DNA of 64,000 nt, taken from Podarcis liolepis (taxonomy: Eukaryota). The notes beneath the pieces were generated by a model. It saw only the letters and a program-made list of their open reading frames with translations. It did no database searches and was not told where the DNA came from. Positions within the stretch are counted from its first letter, which is position 1; each line of letters opens with the position of its first letter. Both the position numbers and the translations under genes were made by a program. Positions 22,263 to 36,812 of this stretch are shown here, one piece after another. Where the stretch lies: the NCBI GenBank assembly GCA_965112155.1, contig OZ218113.1; one strand, written 5' to 3'.

Positions 22263-22656
22263 AAGGAAACAATAAAAATATGCAAATATTACTAAAAACA
22301 ACAGCAAACCGCCATCAGTTCTCACCCCAGGTAAGGTGACCACCAGTGCTTGTTAATATTTTGAAGAGCAAAAAAGAGGACACCATGTTGATTCTCATTT
22401 TATATGTAGGCTATAGAAACGGTGACATATTACTGAGGGGGGCAGGAGAAGAGGAAAGCAAGCATCCAGTTATGACTATGTCTCATCCAGAAAGTATAGC
22501 CAGAGACATTTTGGCAAATTTTCAAAAAACCCACCCAGACAGAAACTTTACCCTGAAAAAGAGGACGTGTCCTGGAAAAAGAGGACACATGGCCACCCAA
22601 GATAATATGGAACCATTTGTGGGGTTTGTGTGTGTGGAGCCCAGAGCTGCCCTCAC

Positions 22657-22869
22657 CGCTTGCGATGCCATCATCTCATTGATGCTCTGCTCGTACTGCT
22701 CAGCCAGGATGGCAAGCTTCCTTGTCTGCTCGTCCTTCAGGCCTTTCAGAATAGTTTTGTGCTCACTCTTTGGAGTCACTTCCAGCTGGTGGTTCTTGAG
22801 TGCTTTATACTGCTTGGTTTGCACTTTGCAAGTGTCCTGGAACTGCTTCTTGATCTGCATTTCCATGGC
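22657..22869 (-). CDS. TAOK3: TAOK3 coding exon (213 nt)
   Basis: tgcag|GCC...GCG|gtgagg; [25 protein letters not shown]...INEMMASQA. Confidence 0.96.
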
Positions 22870-23725
22870 CTGCAATGGAAGGCAACAACTCTGGGTGAGG
22901 TTACACGTGGCTATTTAAACATCGACGTTATCTGCATATCTCTATACATTATTTAAGAACGGTACGATATTCATGCAGAAGTTTTACACTAAAGAAAATG
23001 TAACATCCCTATAATGGGCAAATTGTGCTCGAGAGAACCATGCCTCTCTTGCAAGCTGCTTTCTCCACGAAACTATTGCCTGTCTCGAACCCATATCTCA
23101 TAATTTCAGCTATTTGCTATTTTTTGTGTGAGATAATTATCTGCTTTTTCCCTTTCACGTGGAGAACAGCAGTTACCAGATCCCATGGAAGGCAGGGGTG
23201 CCGACTTAATAAAATATCTGGGGGGCAGGTAAGCACATAATTGATCACATGATATGCCACATGCACTCTATTTGAATGACAATGCCCATTAACTTGGGGG
23301 GGGCTGACCTCTTCAAATATTTGGGGGGGGGGGGCTAAGGGACCTCGCTCCCTAGGAGTTGGCTCCTATGATGGAAGGTAACTGTAAGTGAACGACTCCT
23401 GAGCTATTGACACCAGTAAATCCTCCTCTGCTGAATGAATATATGAACAGGCGCCAAAATGGTAGCATGGATGTGCTAACAGCACCAAACACCAGGGATG
23501 GGGGAACATACGGCACTTCAAAGGTGGCTGGACTCCCATTTCCCTACCTGCATGACCAATAGTCAGGGATTATAGGAACCACAGTCCAATGACATCTGGG
23601 AGACCAGATTCCCCATCCCTGCCACACACACATGGAATTAGCAGGGTGGCTAAGGTCAAGCAGTTGACTTTGCACCGCTTATCCCTATATCCCAGCTAGA
23701 CCGCAGCCTTCGCCTAGTTACTAAC

Positions 23726-23965
23726 CTTCAGGTTTTTGGGCTGCTGCCGCAGTTCCATGACATGCTTCCTGTGCAGCTCCCGCTCCCGCCGCTTGTTGTA
23801 CTCCAGCTGGTTCTCAAGCTCCGTCTGGTGCTGCAGCCGGATCAAGTCCATACGTAGCTTCTGCAACGTGTGCAGCTGCCTGTATTCTAGCTCGCGCGTC
23901 GACTCGTCGTGCCGGATTAGCATGGCGTGCTCCATCTCTTTCTGCGTTCTCTTCTTGTTCAGTTC
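23726..23965 (-). CDS. TAOK3: TAOK3 coding exon (240 nt)
   Basis: cgcag|GAA...AAG|gttagt; [27 protein letters not shown]...RQQPKNLK. Confidence 0.96.
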
Positions 23966-25245
23966 CTGCGTGGCATAAGGGGAAGGGGTCAGGTGCGATC
24001 CCAAGCGAGGCAGCAAACCCCAATTTCTCATGCATAGTAAAAAAAAAAATGGCAATGTTTTTGACCGACAGCCTACCCTAGTGTCCATAGCAGGGCTCTC
24101 GGGAGACTTGCAAAATGTTTTGTTGGACTGAACTAAGGTCCATGTAGACCTGCATTTCCGATATTAGTCAGACAGAAACTTTGGGGAACTCACAAGTAAG
24201 GTATGTGATTGCTGGCTTTCCCTTCCTCTTTGCCCCCAGCAGTTTGCATTGAGAAGTTCCTTGTGCTAAGAGTCACTGACAGACCTGCTTCTCCATGAGC
24301 ATACCTACTCCTTCTTGAAAGAGATCTAAGCCAGTGTGTGAACTTGCTGTGTTTATTGCACATTGTGTGAAGAAATGCGCTCGTTGCCTCTGCTGCACCT
24401 ACTTCCTACCTGCTTTGTTGGGGGCTTGCAAGAGAGTCCCAAAGCAAACCTGCTCCTTCTCTCCACGATGCCCGTGCATCTTTTCTGCTGTGGACTTCTG
24501 CAAACTGGCCAGTAGGTGGCAACCGGGAGTAACATGAGCTCTGTTTTAGAGCCAGTGTCACTTTGGACACTTTTCACTGAAGAAAATTCAGCCTGGCTTC
24601 CTTTTTTTCTTTTTCAACTGTACAACTGTGGTTGGTGTTGCATATGGAGAATAAGCATTTTAAGAGGGACTCCCATCAATGTTGCTGTTTAATCAGAAAG
24701 GTGGAGAAACCATTTAAGGGATCTGCGAGCCATTATTAATGTTCAATGGCATTTTTATTTTTATTTTTACAAAGGTTTGCCATTCCACTTTGGGGGCCAT
24801 TCCAGAACCTTTGTTCCTGTGTGTGTTTTGATACATAAAAGAGCATTCTCCACCCTTGTATCCCTAACCTTTAGTCCACCAGTCATCACTTTCTTAAGCC
24901 AGAACCCCGGGCCACACCCAGCCACATCTTTCGCCTGCTTCTCAGTTCCTTGGGAGATTCTGCCCTCTGAGTAACAGAGAAGAGCCGCTGACAAAAGTTT
25001 CAATGGACATGCACTCAACACACCTGCATATCCACCACACACCCTTGTTTTCATTCCATCATTCCCCGCCCAAATCCATTATGCAAAGTAAGCTCCCTCC
25101 CTCCCCTTCCAATGATTCAAGTTCAAACAAAAATGCTGAGAGCGGGTGTTTGCATCCCACTTCTTTAGTTCATTTCCTTTGAATGAATCCTAATTGCTAG
25201 GTGTGCCATAGTGATGCAGCCAAATCGGTTACCCAGAATGGCCCC

Positions 25246-25680
25246 TGTCAGGGAACTGACATCGGAGCAGAGGGGAGAGGCGAGGCTCCCGGATTCTGCA
25301 GGAGAGGGAACGAGTAAGGGAAGAGAGAGAACGTCATCTGGGGAAGGAAGTCCAGGTGACACCAGGAAGAAGGGAGAGGCAGAGAGCATCTCGGAGGTGA
25401 GGCTCCGAGACTCTTCCAGTGAAGTCAGTGAGGAGGGTGGAGGACCACCACTCGGCACGCCCACTCTGCGCAGAAGGCTTCCGCGCAGAGAGGCGAGGCG
25501 AAGGTTGTCCGTTAAGGAATTCTTATGCTGGAGGAAATTTAGGAGACGCCCACTCACGGATTCTGCTAGCGACTGAGCAGCAGCGTCAAGGGCTGCTCAG
25601 TCAGGGACAGACACAACCACCCCTTAAGCAGTTTGGAACAGCTGGAGGTTTACACACAAGCAACCCCAATTCCCTTGACA
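25246..25680. mobile_element. Solo LTR of an LTR retrotransposon (435 bp)
   Basis: TGTCAGGGAA ... TTCCCTTGACA termini with a perfect 5-bp TSD GCCCC (25241-25245 and 25681-25685). Confidence 0.8.
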
Positions 25681-27240
25681 GCCCCCCTTCGCCCAAAGGT
25701 TCTGACAACTGACAGCTCTAGTAGTTCTGTTCCTGGGATCAGTTTTACAATCCTGTGAAGATATTCCTCATATAAGCAGCAGAAATCCAGCCGGCTGCTC
25801 CCAATCTTATAAGCAGCTAGTGCCAAAGCAGAGCTCCAAGCGGTTATTCTGCTGTTGAACCAAAGATGGAGAGATGGGGTGGGGAAATCATGGTGTGGTC
25901 CCAGATCACTGCCACAGATCTCATTCGGAATGTGCTGAGCCACATGATACTGTAGTATTTAGCGAGCTTTGGCCCTTCAAATTCAGATCATAGAATTGCA
26001 GATGGGCCTCAAGGAGTCATCTTGCCCAAATCTTTGCAATACAGGAATCACAGCTAAAGATTCCCTGACAGATGGCCATCCAACCTGTTCAAAAATTCCG
26101 ATGAAGGAAAATCCACCACCTTCCAAGGTAGTCTGTTGCACTGCCAAACAAGCTCACATTGTTAGAAAGTTCTTCCTATGCAATATGCTAGGAGCTGAAT
26201 GTAGGCTTTGTGTGTGGTATCTTAAAAAGTAAAAATTGTGCAACCAGTAAAGCTGGAAAAAATATGGAAACCGGGGACAAAACATCATTTTGCATGGTAC
26301 AGTTTGCATTTTTTAATTCTGATTTTGCTAGTCATCATGTTGAGTAGCAAATAGCTTCCCTTCCCCCAGATATAGGCTTTCTGTCTCCTGAGGTGTCACC
26401 ATGTGCTTCCAAGCATATTTCTGCAGAAATTTGCTGTTTCTTTATAAGTGCAAGGTTAGACACTTACAGAAAGGTTAATTCCGCATCTACATTTTACTGT
26501 ATGTCTTTTCTTCTGTGGAACTGGTACTGCGGTGTACATACAACCTGGCTCCTACCGTTTCATCATTTGATAGTGAAACACGAGTAAGCTTGTTTCAAAT
26601 TAGAACAGCTTCATGGTGTCAGAACATTTACAAGATGAAGCCAACAGCTTCCATTTCTCTAGAATTCAAAAAGACACTTTCATGCTTTGGGTTAATAAAT
26701 TAGTGCATCTTAATTATTGCACAACACCACCTAAACTCCTAGAATTTTGTAAGCCGGTACATGCTGTTAATATTGTGAAGTTGAGTTCTCCAGACATACA
26801 GCACTAAACCAGCTAAACAGTTAAGAAGTGGAAAGTTAAGTTGTGATGCTAGGTGCAAATTCAGAATACACAAATAATACTCAAAAAGATGCATGCTTAA
26901 AATGATAACTCAGTACAGATTAGTGACTTTTTTTTACCAGAGATTAAAGTGATTTGCTTGTTTTGATACAAATCTGGTAATGTTGTATTCTAGATTTAGT
27001 GTTAATATGGGTGAAATATTTGCCCTTTATGCCCTTGTACATAGTCAGAGCAGGATGTTTCCACGCCTATAAAGTCAGTTCCTCTTCCCTAAGTGCTCAA
27101 AGCATTTTGACTATGTCATCTCAAATGATCCATGCAACAACCCTGTAAGGTAGGACAAAATTATTTTCTTAATGGTACTAAAAGACTTGAGAGGGACTGA
27201 CATGCTAAAGTCCAACTAGCAAGTTCAAGGCTGACTAGGG

Positions 27241-27410
27241 TAGGGTTGCCATATTTCAAAAAGTGAAAATCAGGACACAAAAGTTGTTGAGCTGTTTTTG
27301 GCCAAACTTGTTGAGCTTTCCTAGACATTTCAGCAATTTCTGCTCGGACACTGCTTAAGGGGGCTGAATACCAGCTATGTCTGGAAAATTTCAGGCGTAC
27401 GGCAACCTTA
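27241..27410. mobile_element. hAT-superfamily MITE (170 bp)
   Basis: TIRs TAGGGTTGCC ... GGCAACCTTA; perfect 8-bp TSD GACTAGGG (27233-27240 and 27411-27418); related fragment near 37031-37210. Confidence 0.85.
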
Positions 27411-29909
27411 GACTAGGGTGGCCACTTACACACTGCCAAAAAACGATGAGTAAAAAGGATTTATGCTTGCATAAGATTTGCATAAATGGATAGATGCAAA
27501 TTTACAAATAATCACTATGGTTTACATAGAAATAAATTACACCCTAACATTGTAGGAAAGAATGTGACTTGCGTGTCTGCCCAGTCTGCTCTCCAGTTCC
27601 TAACTGTGGATGGGCAACTTCAAGACCTCTCCTGCTCTGTCTCTTTATGGTTATTTATCTTTAAGTCAGACCTGGACCAGACGGCCAATGTAATGTAGTC
27701 ATTTAGAGTGTTGGAATAGAAACTGGGAGACCAGGGTTCGAATCTCCACTTGGTCATGAACCTCACAGGGTGACCTTGGGCCAATCCCTAACTCTTAGCC
27801 TACCCTACCTCACAGGGTTGTTGTTGTTGTTGTTAATTCAATTTATATACCGCCCTATATCAAAAGATCTCAGGGTGGTGTACAACATTAGAAACACATT
27901 ACAAAACATCAATGATAAAAACATAGTAAAAAGCATATCGACAGACAACCCAATAGTAAAACAATCATAATAATCGCAGTGGGGTTCAGATGATGAGGGA
28001 GAGAACCATACAGGCCACCTTTAGCTTCTTGGAGGCAAAGGTGGGATACAAATGCAACAAACAAATAAATGGCTGTCTTCTGTAATGCAGGACACACAGC
28101 CACCCTAAGGCTGTCCTGAGAACTTGGGCCAGGGGATTCCACCACCTCCTGGCTCACCCTCTTGTCACAAAAACCCTTCACTAGGTATAGCACACATTTC
28201 TACTGAGAAGTAAGCCCAGCTGTATTCACTAAGGTCTTTCTCAAAGGTGCATGTATGTATTGGATTGGTTAGGCTTAGTCCACTCATACAGCAGAATAAG
28301 GTGGCAGAAAGGATCACACAACTTCAAAATGCAGATCTAAGAGTGAATGTGTCACATATTGTTAATGCTTCCATGTGTTAAAATAAGAAAAGCAGCAAAA
28401 CTTCCCTGCAAGTGATTTTTTTTTTTTGCACAATAGCATAGAGACTACAGAGCAACCTCTGATGTGCTAAGTTTCTGCTTATTTGCAGGATTAAAAACAC
28501 ACACCACAACGGCAGAACTGTTGAGATAGGATCTTCTATCTGTTCTGATATACTCTACCACCTCATTCTGTTGAATGTATAGGTCAGGCTTTAGCCCTCT
28601 CCTAGGCAGACTCTGCAATAACAAATGGCCCTCACAAGAGAGCTGGGGTAGGATGGATGAGTGAAGCAAGTTGGGAGCACCTAGTACATCTCACACTTGC
28701 AAGCATATTGTCACTAACACCTGCGGTTGTGAGCTTCTGCTGCCCTGCAATGTGAAGAGAGCAAAAAAGGGAAACAGTGAATGAATACAGAGGCCGTGTC
28801 ACCAATTAATAACTTACCACAGTGTGCATGTAACCACTTATAGTGAACAAGCTGTTTGTATGGACCTCCCAAATGGTAAAGAGTATTAACATATGGTATT
28901 GAGGACAAGGTGATTGCAAGCATAGAGGCAGAGTGGAAGGAAGGATGCAAATGACAGTAACTTCTGCCATGAACTGAGATGCAAAGATGCAGCATCAAAC
29001 TATCTGTATTTATATCATAGCAGAAGAGCCACCATTCTTACATAAAACACCTAAGTGTGTCTCTTGCCAGGAGCTGAGCGGGTTCCAGATTAACTGAAAT
29101 TGTTGCATGTTGGACAGTGATGCCAAACAGAGTTAGATCAGTGGTCCAGCTACAGCAGTATTGTCTACTCTGACTGGCAGCGATTCTCTGTCTACTCTGG
29201 CTGGCACGGTTTCCGGGAGAGGTCCTTCCCAGCACCATCTGGAGATGGTAAGGATTGAACTTGGGACCTTATGCAGGCAAAGCATGTGCTCTACTGCTAA
29301 CCGAACGTTTTCCTCTCTGCAACACAGACACACAGAGCTGTTCCTCTTCTGGAAGCCACTTGTGCCGATTCTGGTATAGCCCCAGCTTTGCTCCTACAGG
29401 AGGCAAAGAAGGCCACCAACTTGGATGACTTTAAAAGAGGACTGGGCAAATTCATGGAGAAGAAGGCTATCAATGGTGACTAGCTATGATGGTTATGCTC
29501 TGCCTTCATGGCTGGAGGCAGCAATGCTTCTGAAAACCAGTTGCCAGAAAGCCTCAGGAGCGGAGAGCATTCTTGTATTCTAGTTCTGCTTACTGGTTTC
29601 CCATCTGGTTGGCTACTGTAAGAACAGGATGCTGGTCCAATGGGCTACTGGCCCAATCCAACAGGAAATTCTGGTGCTGTACCCCTTGATCTTGAGTTAT
29701 GTTGCTCAGTGGATATAATTGATATGGAAAAGTAAAATTAAATTAAACACTTCTGGACTCTGCGTTCATCATCTGAGGTCCTTTTTTGTGCATGTCCTCC
29801 ATGTGAGATCCAGAGGGTGGGAACACAAGAACAGCCCTTCTCTGTAGTGCCTGTTTGTGGAATGCTCTCCCCACAGAGGTTCGCCTGGTGCCTTCATTAT
29901 ATATCTTTA

Positions 29910-30280
29910 GGGATGCGGGTGGCACTGTGGTCTAAAGCACTGAGCCTCTTGGACTTGCTGATCAGAAGGTTGGAGGTTCGAATCCCCGCAATGGGGCGAG
30001 TTCCTGTTGCTCTGTCCCAGCTCCTGCCAACCTAGCAGTTCGAAAGCATCCCAGTACAAGTAGATAAATAGGTACTGCTGCGGCAGGAAGGTAAACGGTG
30101 TTTCTGTTTCCATCACAGTGTTCAGTTGCGCCAGAAGCGGTTTAGTCATGCTGCCCACATGACCCGGAAAGCTGTCTGTGGGCAAACGCCGGCTCCCTCG
30201 GCCTGAAAAGTGAGATAAGCGCCACACCCCATAGTCGCATTTGACTAAACTTAACCGTCCAAGGATCCTTTACCTTTACC
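29910..30280 (+). mobile_element. Sauria/Squam1-type SINE nested in an L2-like 3' remnant
   Basis: Full head and tail; flanking direct repeat TATAT(C/T)TTTAG; the interrupted host sequence resembles the uninterrupted copy near 19620-19750. Confidence 0.88.
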
Positions 30281-30723
30281 TATATTTTTAGGTGCCAGGC
30301 GAAAACGTTCCGCTTCAGCCAGGCCTTTGGTTGATTAATATCCTACAGCCTTTTAAATGTGGGAAGGGTGGGGGAGGTTATTGTTTTGCTGTTTTGTTTT
30401 ACTTATGTTTTTGTCCTGTATTTTATTCTCTGACCTGCCCTGAGATCTCATGCTGAAGGGCGGTATATAAACGTAATAAACCATAATAAAACCATAATAA
30501 AATTCTGACCCAGATACTACATCCTCGTTGCATGAGTATGGGAAGATTCAGCTCTTGTCAGGACAATACAGGCAGCAGGCTTCCCAGGTTGGTTACATGA
30601 ACAGCATGGCATATTGACCAGTTGCAAGTAGTTGTCTGTATTCACCTTATATTTTCCCTGGGTATATTGGGGCAGGGTGGGAAAGGGGGGTGGCGAAGAG
30701 GAGAGGAAAGCAAGAGGTGGTAC

Positions 30724-30927
30724 CTCCCGAATGTTCTGCTGCTCCAACTCGTGCCTCCTGATCATGGTTTTTCGCTTGAAGAAACGGCAGTTTTTGTCAT
30801 AGTAGAGTCTCTGCTGGCTGAGAAGATGTGCCTCCTCTTCAGCCTGTGTGTGCTGCAGGTTCTCTTTGTGTTTGGAAATCCTCTCTTGCTTCTCCTTCTT
30901 CGGTGTGCTGTGATCCTCGTTCATCTC
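30724..30927 (-). CDS. TAOK3: TAOK3 coding exon (204 nt)
   Basis: tccag|GAG...GAG|gtacc; [26 protein letters not shown]...ELEQQNIRE. Confidence 0.96.
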
Positions 30928-33041
30928 CTGGACGTGCACAGAGGAAAGGCCAAGAAACAAAGTCATTTGTTGGTTTCATGATGGGGAGGGGTAAAAAAAA
31001 CAAAAAAACGTGATGCCTCCCCCCCCCCACTACCATCTGTACGAGCTTAACAGCAAACAGAGGGTCCTCCTTTGAATCCCCTTCCAAAAGGGTTTTTAAG
31101 CCCATTACCCCTCAAGATGCCCCTGCTGGGAGCTAAGCAGTTTATACAAAACATACAGGAGCTCCAAAGACGAGGGGGGAGGGAGGGAGAGAGAGGGGGA
31201 GAGAATGACTAAAAGCTCACAAACCAGGCTGGAATCAAGAGTCCAGAATCCGAAATTAGTAATCTTTGGGGCTCTCCTTTACTGAACTGCAATTCCCAGA
31301 GGGAAGCCATGACAGTTAAAGTGGTATAAAACTGATAGATGTTGGAAGCGAAGAGTGCAAAGTAAAGAAAAACAGGTCAGGCCTCCTTTGGCGGGGAAAA
31401 AAAGCACTCGCTGAACGTTTGGTTCTAATCTTAGGCCACTTGGAAAGTTGTGGAGGGACACATACAGTATCACAATCAAAACTGGGGTTTATGTAGGGTT
31501 ATTATAACGCGGCAACTTTTCCATCACAGAAAACGGTTGCACAAACTAGACTTCAACCAGGCTTTGGTGCCAGAGAAACAACAAGTGGCTTAATCGGCCA
31601 ATATCATAGCCAAGGATTTCTGCACTGGAGCTCTACATGCCTATTCAAGAGACTTAAGTGTGAAAGAGACATGTGCCGAAAGATGAACTCTGCATGTGGA
31701 AGCATGTGACTGGGAGGTGACGCACGCAGGGGTTCTAAGCCCTTTTCCCTCCACTGCCACATGCCCATAAGGTTGGGTGATTGGCTGCTGAAGTATGCCA
31801 AAGCCTCTGTGTTACTCTCTTTAACAACTCTATCATTTTTCTTTAAAATCCCAAAAAGGACATGAGAAATGTCTACGTCTTGCCCCAGAAAATTCCTGCC
31901 TCATCTCCAGTTTTTCCTTGGCCAGTACGCAGACAAGACGCAGACACCGCTGAGCTTGCAACTAAACAAAACTATGCCCCAACACCTCGTGGAATGAGGC
32001 ACCTCAACCGGAAAAGGAGGAAATCTCCTTGGTTTTGCAGAAGAAGCTGAGTCCTTCACCTGAAGCTACAAAACCAGCATTTCATTCACGACTATGGCCA
32101 ATGCTAATCTTGTAGCATTCAGGTTGCCTCTATCAGAAATAGGATGCATGGGACCCCCAGAAGAATTTGATGTAGTGTATTTGATAGACATTATTTTAGA
32201 AACCTTTAGGACATCCCCATAAGTTACTGCAATGTCCATGTTGCAGAAGAGCTCTTGAGTCTGAGAGGCAAAGTGATTTGCCAATAGCAACTCAGTGAAT
32301 TAAGGGCAGAGGTGAACTTTGTCTCAAAAGGTTGAATTGGGAGTGGTGCAGGAGACATGGCAAATGTCACTTCGCTATGTATCACAACTTTCAAAGCTGT
32401 TTATTTCTGGGGCCCATGGGTCATAGCCAGGGGTCTGGCTCATATGTGTGCATTTCAAGTGTTATATCTCAGTTATAATCTATTTTAGGAGTTGTGAATA
32501 CAGGATTCAGGCATGATAGCTGCTACGCATTTAATAATATGGAGAACAGGAGCTGTTTCTCTCTCTGTGTGTGCTTAAGATCAGTATTAAGTGGGACGTG
32601 GAATTAAAAAGTCCATCACTGCTAAGGGTTCCCTGTGACTCTTAATGAAAACTTTCTCTCATGCCTTTTATTTCCTCAGCTACAGAACAGTAACAGCATC
32701 TGGAGGCTGGATGACTGAAGTAGTTTTGAGCCTGCACAATATATGCATTTTATGACAAGTGCCTAAAATAGACTTGTGCAGGGGAACCACAAAGGGGAAA
32801 AAAAGCAGTGCAGCTTAGGAAGTTAATGCAATTATCCTAAAAGCTCTTTAGCTGCAGGTATTTAGTGAAGCAGGGTTGGTTTTTTTAAAAGGAAGTTTAA
32901 AAAAGAAGTTTGCAGTGATTTCAGAGCACAGAGTCCCAATTCTATCTGAAAGAGAGCATTTTGTATAGTACACTTGTTTCTAAATACAATTTAACATATT
33001 CACATGTAGCATTTTTAGGTGGGCACTAAAACTTAGGTGTG

Positions 33042-33045
<4 letters not shown>

Positions 33046-33111
<66 letters not shown>
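33046..33111. repeat. (AAT)n microsatellite, tail of a minus-strand L2-like 3' end
   Basis: About 22 perfect AAT units adjacent to sequence homologous to 14150-14260. Confidence 0.9.
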
Positions 33112-33112
<1 letters not shown>

Positions 33113-34243
33113 TTTCTAGCCCGCACATCTGCCTAGGTTTCCCCAGCCACTCTGGGCAGCTCCCAGCAGAATATTAAACAGAATAAAACTTTAAAACTTC
33201 AAACATTAAAAACTTCCCTAAACAGAAGCCCTTAACTACCCCCCCCTCAGGGAAAATGAGGACTTTATAGTTTGACTGTCAAGGACTTGCGAAGCTTTGC
33301 TCTTCTATCTAGTACAACCCTCAGGTATCCCTTTCCACTGTGATAGACAAGTTGCAGTAGGCTGACCTATCTGTGTTGTCTTTTGATAGACTTGAGGATT
33401 GCTTTGCAGGTGGCCAAACCCATATGAGGGATGGCAGGTTTTCTTTTTCCTACATATAATTTATAATATGCCTATGTTCACAGTCCTAGCACGTACTAAC
33501 CAGAGTAATTTAAACAACTGCAGGTTCATTACACATTACAACCTATATGCAAAAATCGTACTATTTCCTTCATGTAAGTGGCGTTGAGTGTATTGGGAGT
33601 TGAAGAACTTTCAACGCTGAACAAAGGACTTTTTTTAAAAAAGGAACCAGATGAGAGATAAAACACCCAAAGGTGAGCTGTTTGGGACATTTCTCTCAAA
33701 GAGTAACATTTGCAAGGGATCCCAGGGAAGACAGTATTTAAACCAGGAAATAAATTTCATCCTAACAGGAGCTCCATTTAGGTGTGCATCATGGTTACTC
33801 TTTAGACTGGATGGGAGCTCCTTCCATGGATGTAAATGAACACCAAAAGGTCATTTAAAGGGCAGCATTATGTGGACTTCGCTTTAACTGGGCACTCAAG
33901 TCAATCCGAATTATATCTAGCGATGCCTCAAGGATATGGGATAATTAAGACACCAGAGGAACTTCCGTACATTCATAAAGCCAAGCGTACCAGATGAGTA
34001 TTTTGGACAGAAAGCATGCCGTGGCCTCAGGCCACCCACTGCTAAGGTTGGCATTATGAGTGGAAGCCACACTGACACGTCACTGCAGGGTAAGGGGCCT
34101 CTTTTGCTAATCAAATCTTGTCCCGCTAAAGACAAGTTTTTCATGGAATGGTAAGCCCCAATCATTCCACGGTGGAAGGTGTAAGCAAACTGGGTTGCGA
34201 AGCTCAATAAGGTTCTTCTTTATTTTTTAACTTGCCTCCTCTT

Positions 34244-34598
34244 AAAGGTAAAGGTACCCCTGACCATTAGGTCCAGTCGTGGACGACTCTGGGGTTGCGG
34301 TACTCATCTCGCTTTATAGGCCGAGGAGCCGGCGTTTGTCTGCAGACAGCTTCCGGGTCATGTGGCCAGCATGACTAAGCCGCTTCTGGCGAACCAGAGC
34401 AGCGCACGGAAACACCATTTACCTTCCCACCGGAACGGTACCTATTTATCTACTTGCACTTTGACATGCTTTCGAACTGCTAGGTTGGCAGGAGCAGGGA
34501 CTGAGCAACGGGAGCTCACCCCATCGTGGGGATTCGAACCGCCGACCTTCTGATCGGCAAGCCCTAGGCTCTGTGGTTTAGACCACAGTGCCACCCGC
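34244..34598 (-). mobile_element. Sauria/Squam1-type SINE
   Basis: Match to the other copies. Confidence 0.9.
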
Positions 34599-35215
34599 CT
34601 TCTCTTACTTCCTGTTATTTCCATCTTTGCCCAGCCTAGTCAGGATCCTTGCTGATGATGTGGAAGCACCCAGAGGCAGCCATATTAGATTTATCCACCA
34701 CCGCAACCTCAAGACATTTCCCCCCCTTTTCTATTCTTACTTCTTCCTAGGCAACATAATCCCCCCCACGTAAATCAAGACCTCCTGATTGTAAGGATAT
34801 GATTGAAAGTTTATGGGCAACGCTCAGTGAAATCTTGGAATCCATGAAGGAAACAAGACTTCAGTGCCCTTTATAGCTCCTAGCACCTCTCAATTAGTAA
34901 CAGAAGGAGAATAAATCAGGCAAATATAGGAGATGTTCTGCATGTTTGCTTAATTTGCATAACCCATATAGCAAGTATGGAGAATTACCCCACCCTCCAC
35001 CCCAGAAGACTGCATTCCCTTGGGTAAAGACTCTTGGACTGGGTTATTGCTTAGGGTTTTTTGTTGGGTGTGTGTGTTATTGATATTATTTTTGAATCTT
35101 TATTTTGTATCTTTATTATGATTTTATGTGGAAATTGTTCCATTTGGTTGTGTACTTCTGGATGTTTTATTTATTGCTTATGACTACTTTTGTTGCGTTT
35201 CAAATTCTGCATTTA

Positions 35216-35475
35216 CCGTATTTTTCGCTCTATAAGACGTACCAGACCACAAGACACAACTAGTTTTTGGAGGAGGAAAACAAGAAAAAAAATATTCTGA
35301 ATCTCAGAAGCCAGAACAGCAAGAGGGATCGCTGTGCATTGAAAGCAGCAATCCCTCTTGCTGTTCTGGCTTCTGGGATAGCTGCGCAGCCTGCACTCGC
35401 TCCATAAGACGCAGACACATTTCTCCTTACTTTTTAGGAGGGAAAAAGTGAGTCTTATAGAGCAAAAAAATACGG
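35216..35475. mobile_element. Tc2/pogo-like MITE, same family as 218-692
   Basis: CCGTATTTTTTCGCTCTATAAGAC ... GTCTTATAGAGCAAAAAAATACGG with TA flanks; internal hairpin at about 35302-35380. Confidence 0.85.
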
Positions 35476-36683
35476 TATTTATTTTTTGCATGTTGTAAGC
35501 CTTTTTGAGCATAGTTTTAACTGTGGAAAGATGGCACACAAATAAAATGATGTATGTATGCATGCGTCAAAGGGGTCACGTAGCACATGCCGTTGATGGG
35601 CAGGGCCAAGGCACACACAAACATCCCATCCATGCACACACTCCATTTGCACTCTCAGTTTGTCTGGCTTCCATGCTGAGAAAAGGGTTCCCTTTTCTGA
35701 AGCCACAGTATGAAAGTGATTTCTTCTTCTATGTGCAGCTCGCTTGGCCTCTTTGCTGAGTAAGGAGTCTCCCAGTGGCACAGCACAGAAATGCAGGGAG
35801 TTGCCCATGGAGGAAGAAATGGCTCTCTTCCTCCTTGGGCAACCTGGCAGTGGGACACACTCCTTCTCCCCTGCTGCTGAGCTGTAATCTCCAATCAGGT
35901 GTGTTTATCTGTATGCATGTGAAACAGAGCTATCACGGGGGAGGTTTAATCTTCTTGCTTCCCTACAAACTCCCTATTTTATTCTGGTCCTGCAGAGGAG
36001 TCCACACAGCAAGGCAGAGTGGTGGATTCAGCACCATGGAGAACTCCTAATGAGCAACTTGCCTCTGACATGTGCTGGAAGGGAACAGAGCCCTTATATA
36101 GGGCTGTATCCAACTAAGTTTGACATAGAATTGATTCAGTGAATTGAATAGACCTAAGCTACTCATAGCCATTAAGTTCAATCGGTCTACTCTGAGTAGG
36201 ATTAGCATTAGATACCATCCATAGTGGAAGTTTTTAAGGTCCACTATCTGTGCTTGAGGTTCACACCTCAAGGGTGCCCAGGAAGACACAGCTACTTTGC
36301 ATATAAGGAACTCCCCGTTCTCAATGGACTCACCAAAATCCTAGCTTAAGCATATTTCAGAAGTTGTGAAAACATCTCCTCTATCAAGAAGCACTGGTGA
36401 CTTAAAGCATGGGTTATTTAAAACGTGTGGCATTTCACTTCGTCTTGTTATTTATTTTAATATACTGCCTAGCCCAAACCTTTAAGAGAGGGTTAAGATT
36501 ATGAGCTCAAATCAGCAATGAACAATCCATCATGTTATTTATTGGGGAAGTTCATCAATGAAGTCCAGCCCTATAGTATTATGAGCAAACTACTGAAATA
36601 GCTTCAAAACTCTTTCACAACATTGCTATCTAGTGCATGCTTCTTACTGGCCCAGAATAAAACGCCGGAGAAGTTTTGCTTGC

Positions 36684-36812
36684 CTCTTTTATCTTTTCCT
36701 TGCAAATCTTGTATTGCTTCTTCTGACTTTCTAAGAAATTGGTCAGATCTCTCTTCTGCTGAGTCATAATCTGCTGCTGGAATTTCTTCTCATCTGCTGC
36801 TGCTGCCTTTGC
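36684..36812 (-). CDS. TAOK3: TAOK3 coding exon (129 nt) with GC donor
   Basis: tccag|GCA AAG...GAG|gcaagc; AKAAAADEKKFQQQIMTQQKRDLTNFLESQKKQYKICKEKIKE; phase 0 at both ends. Confidence 0.93.
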
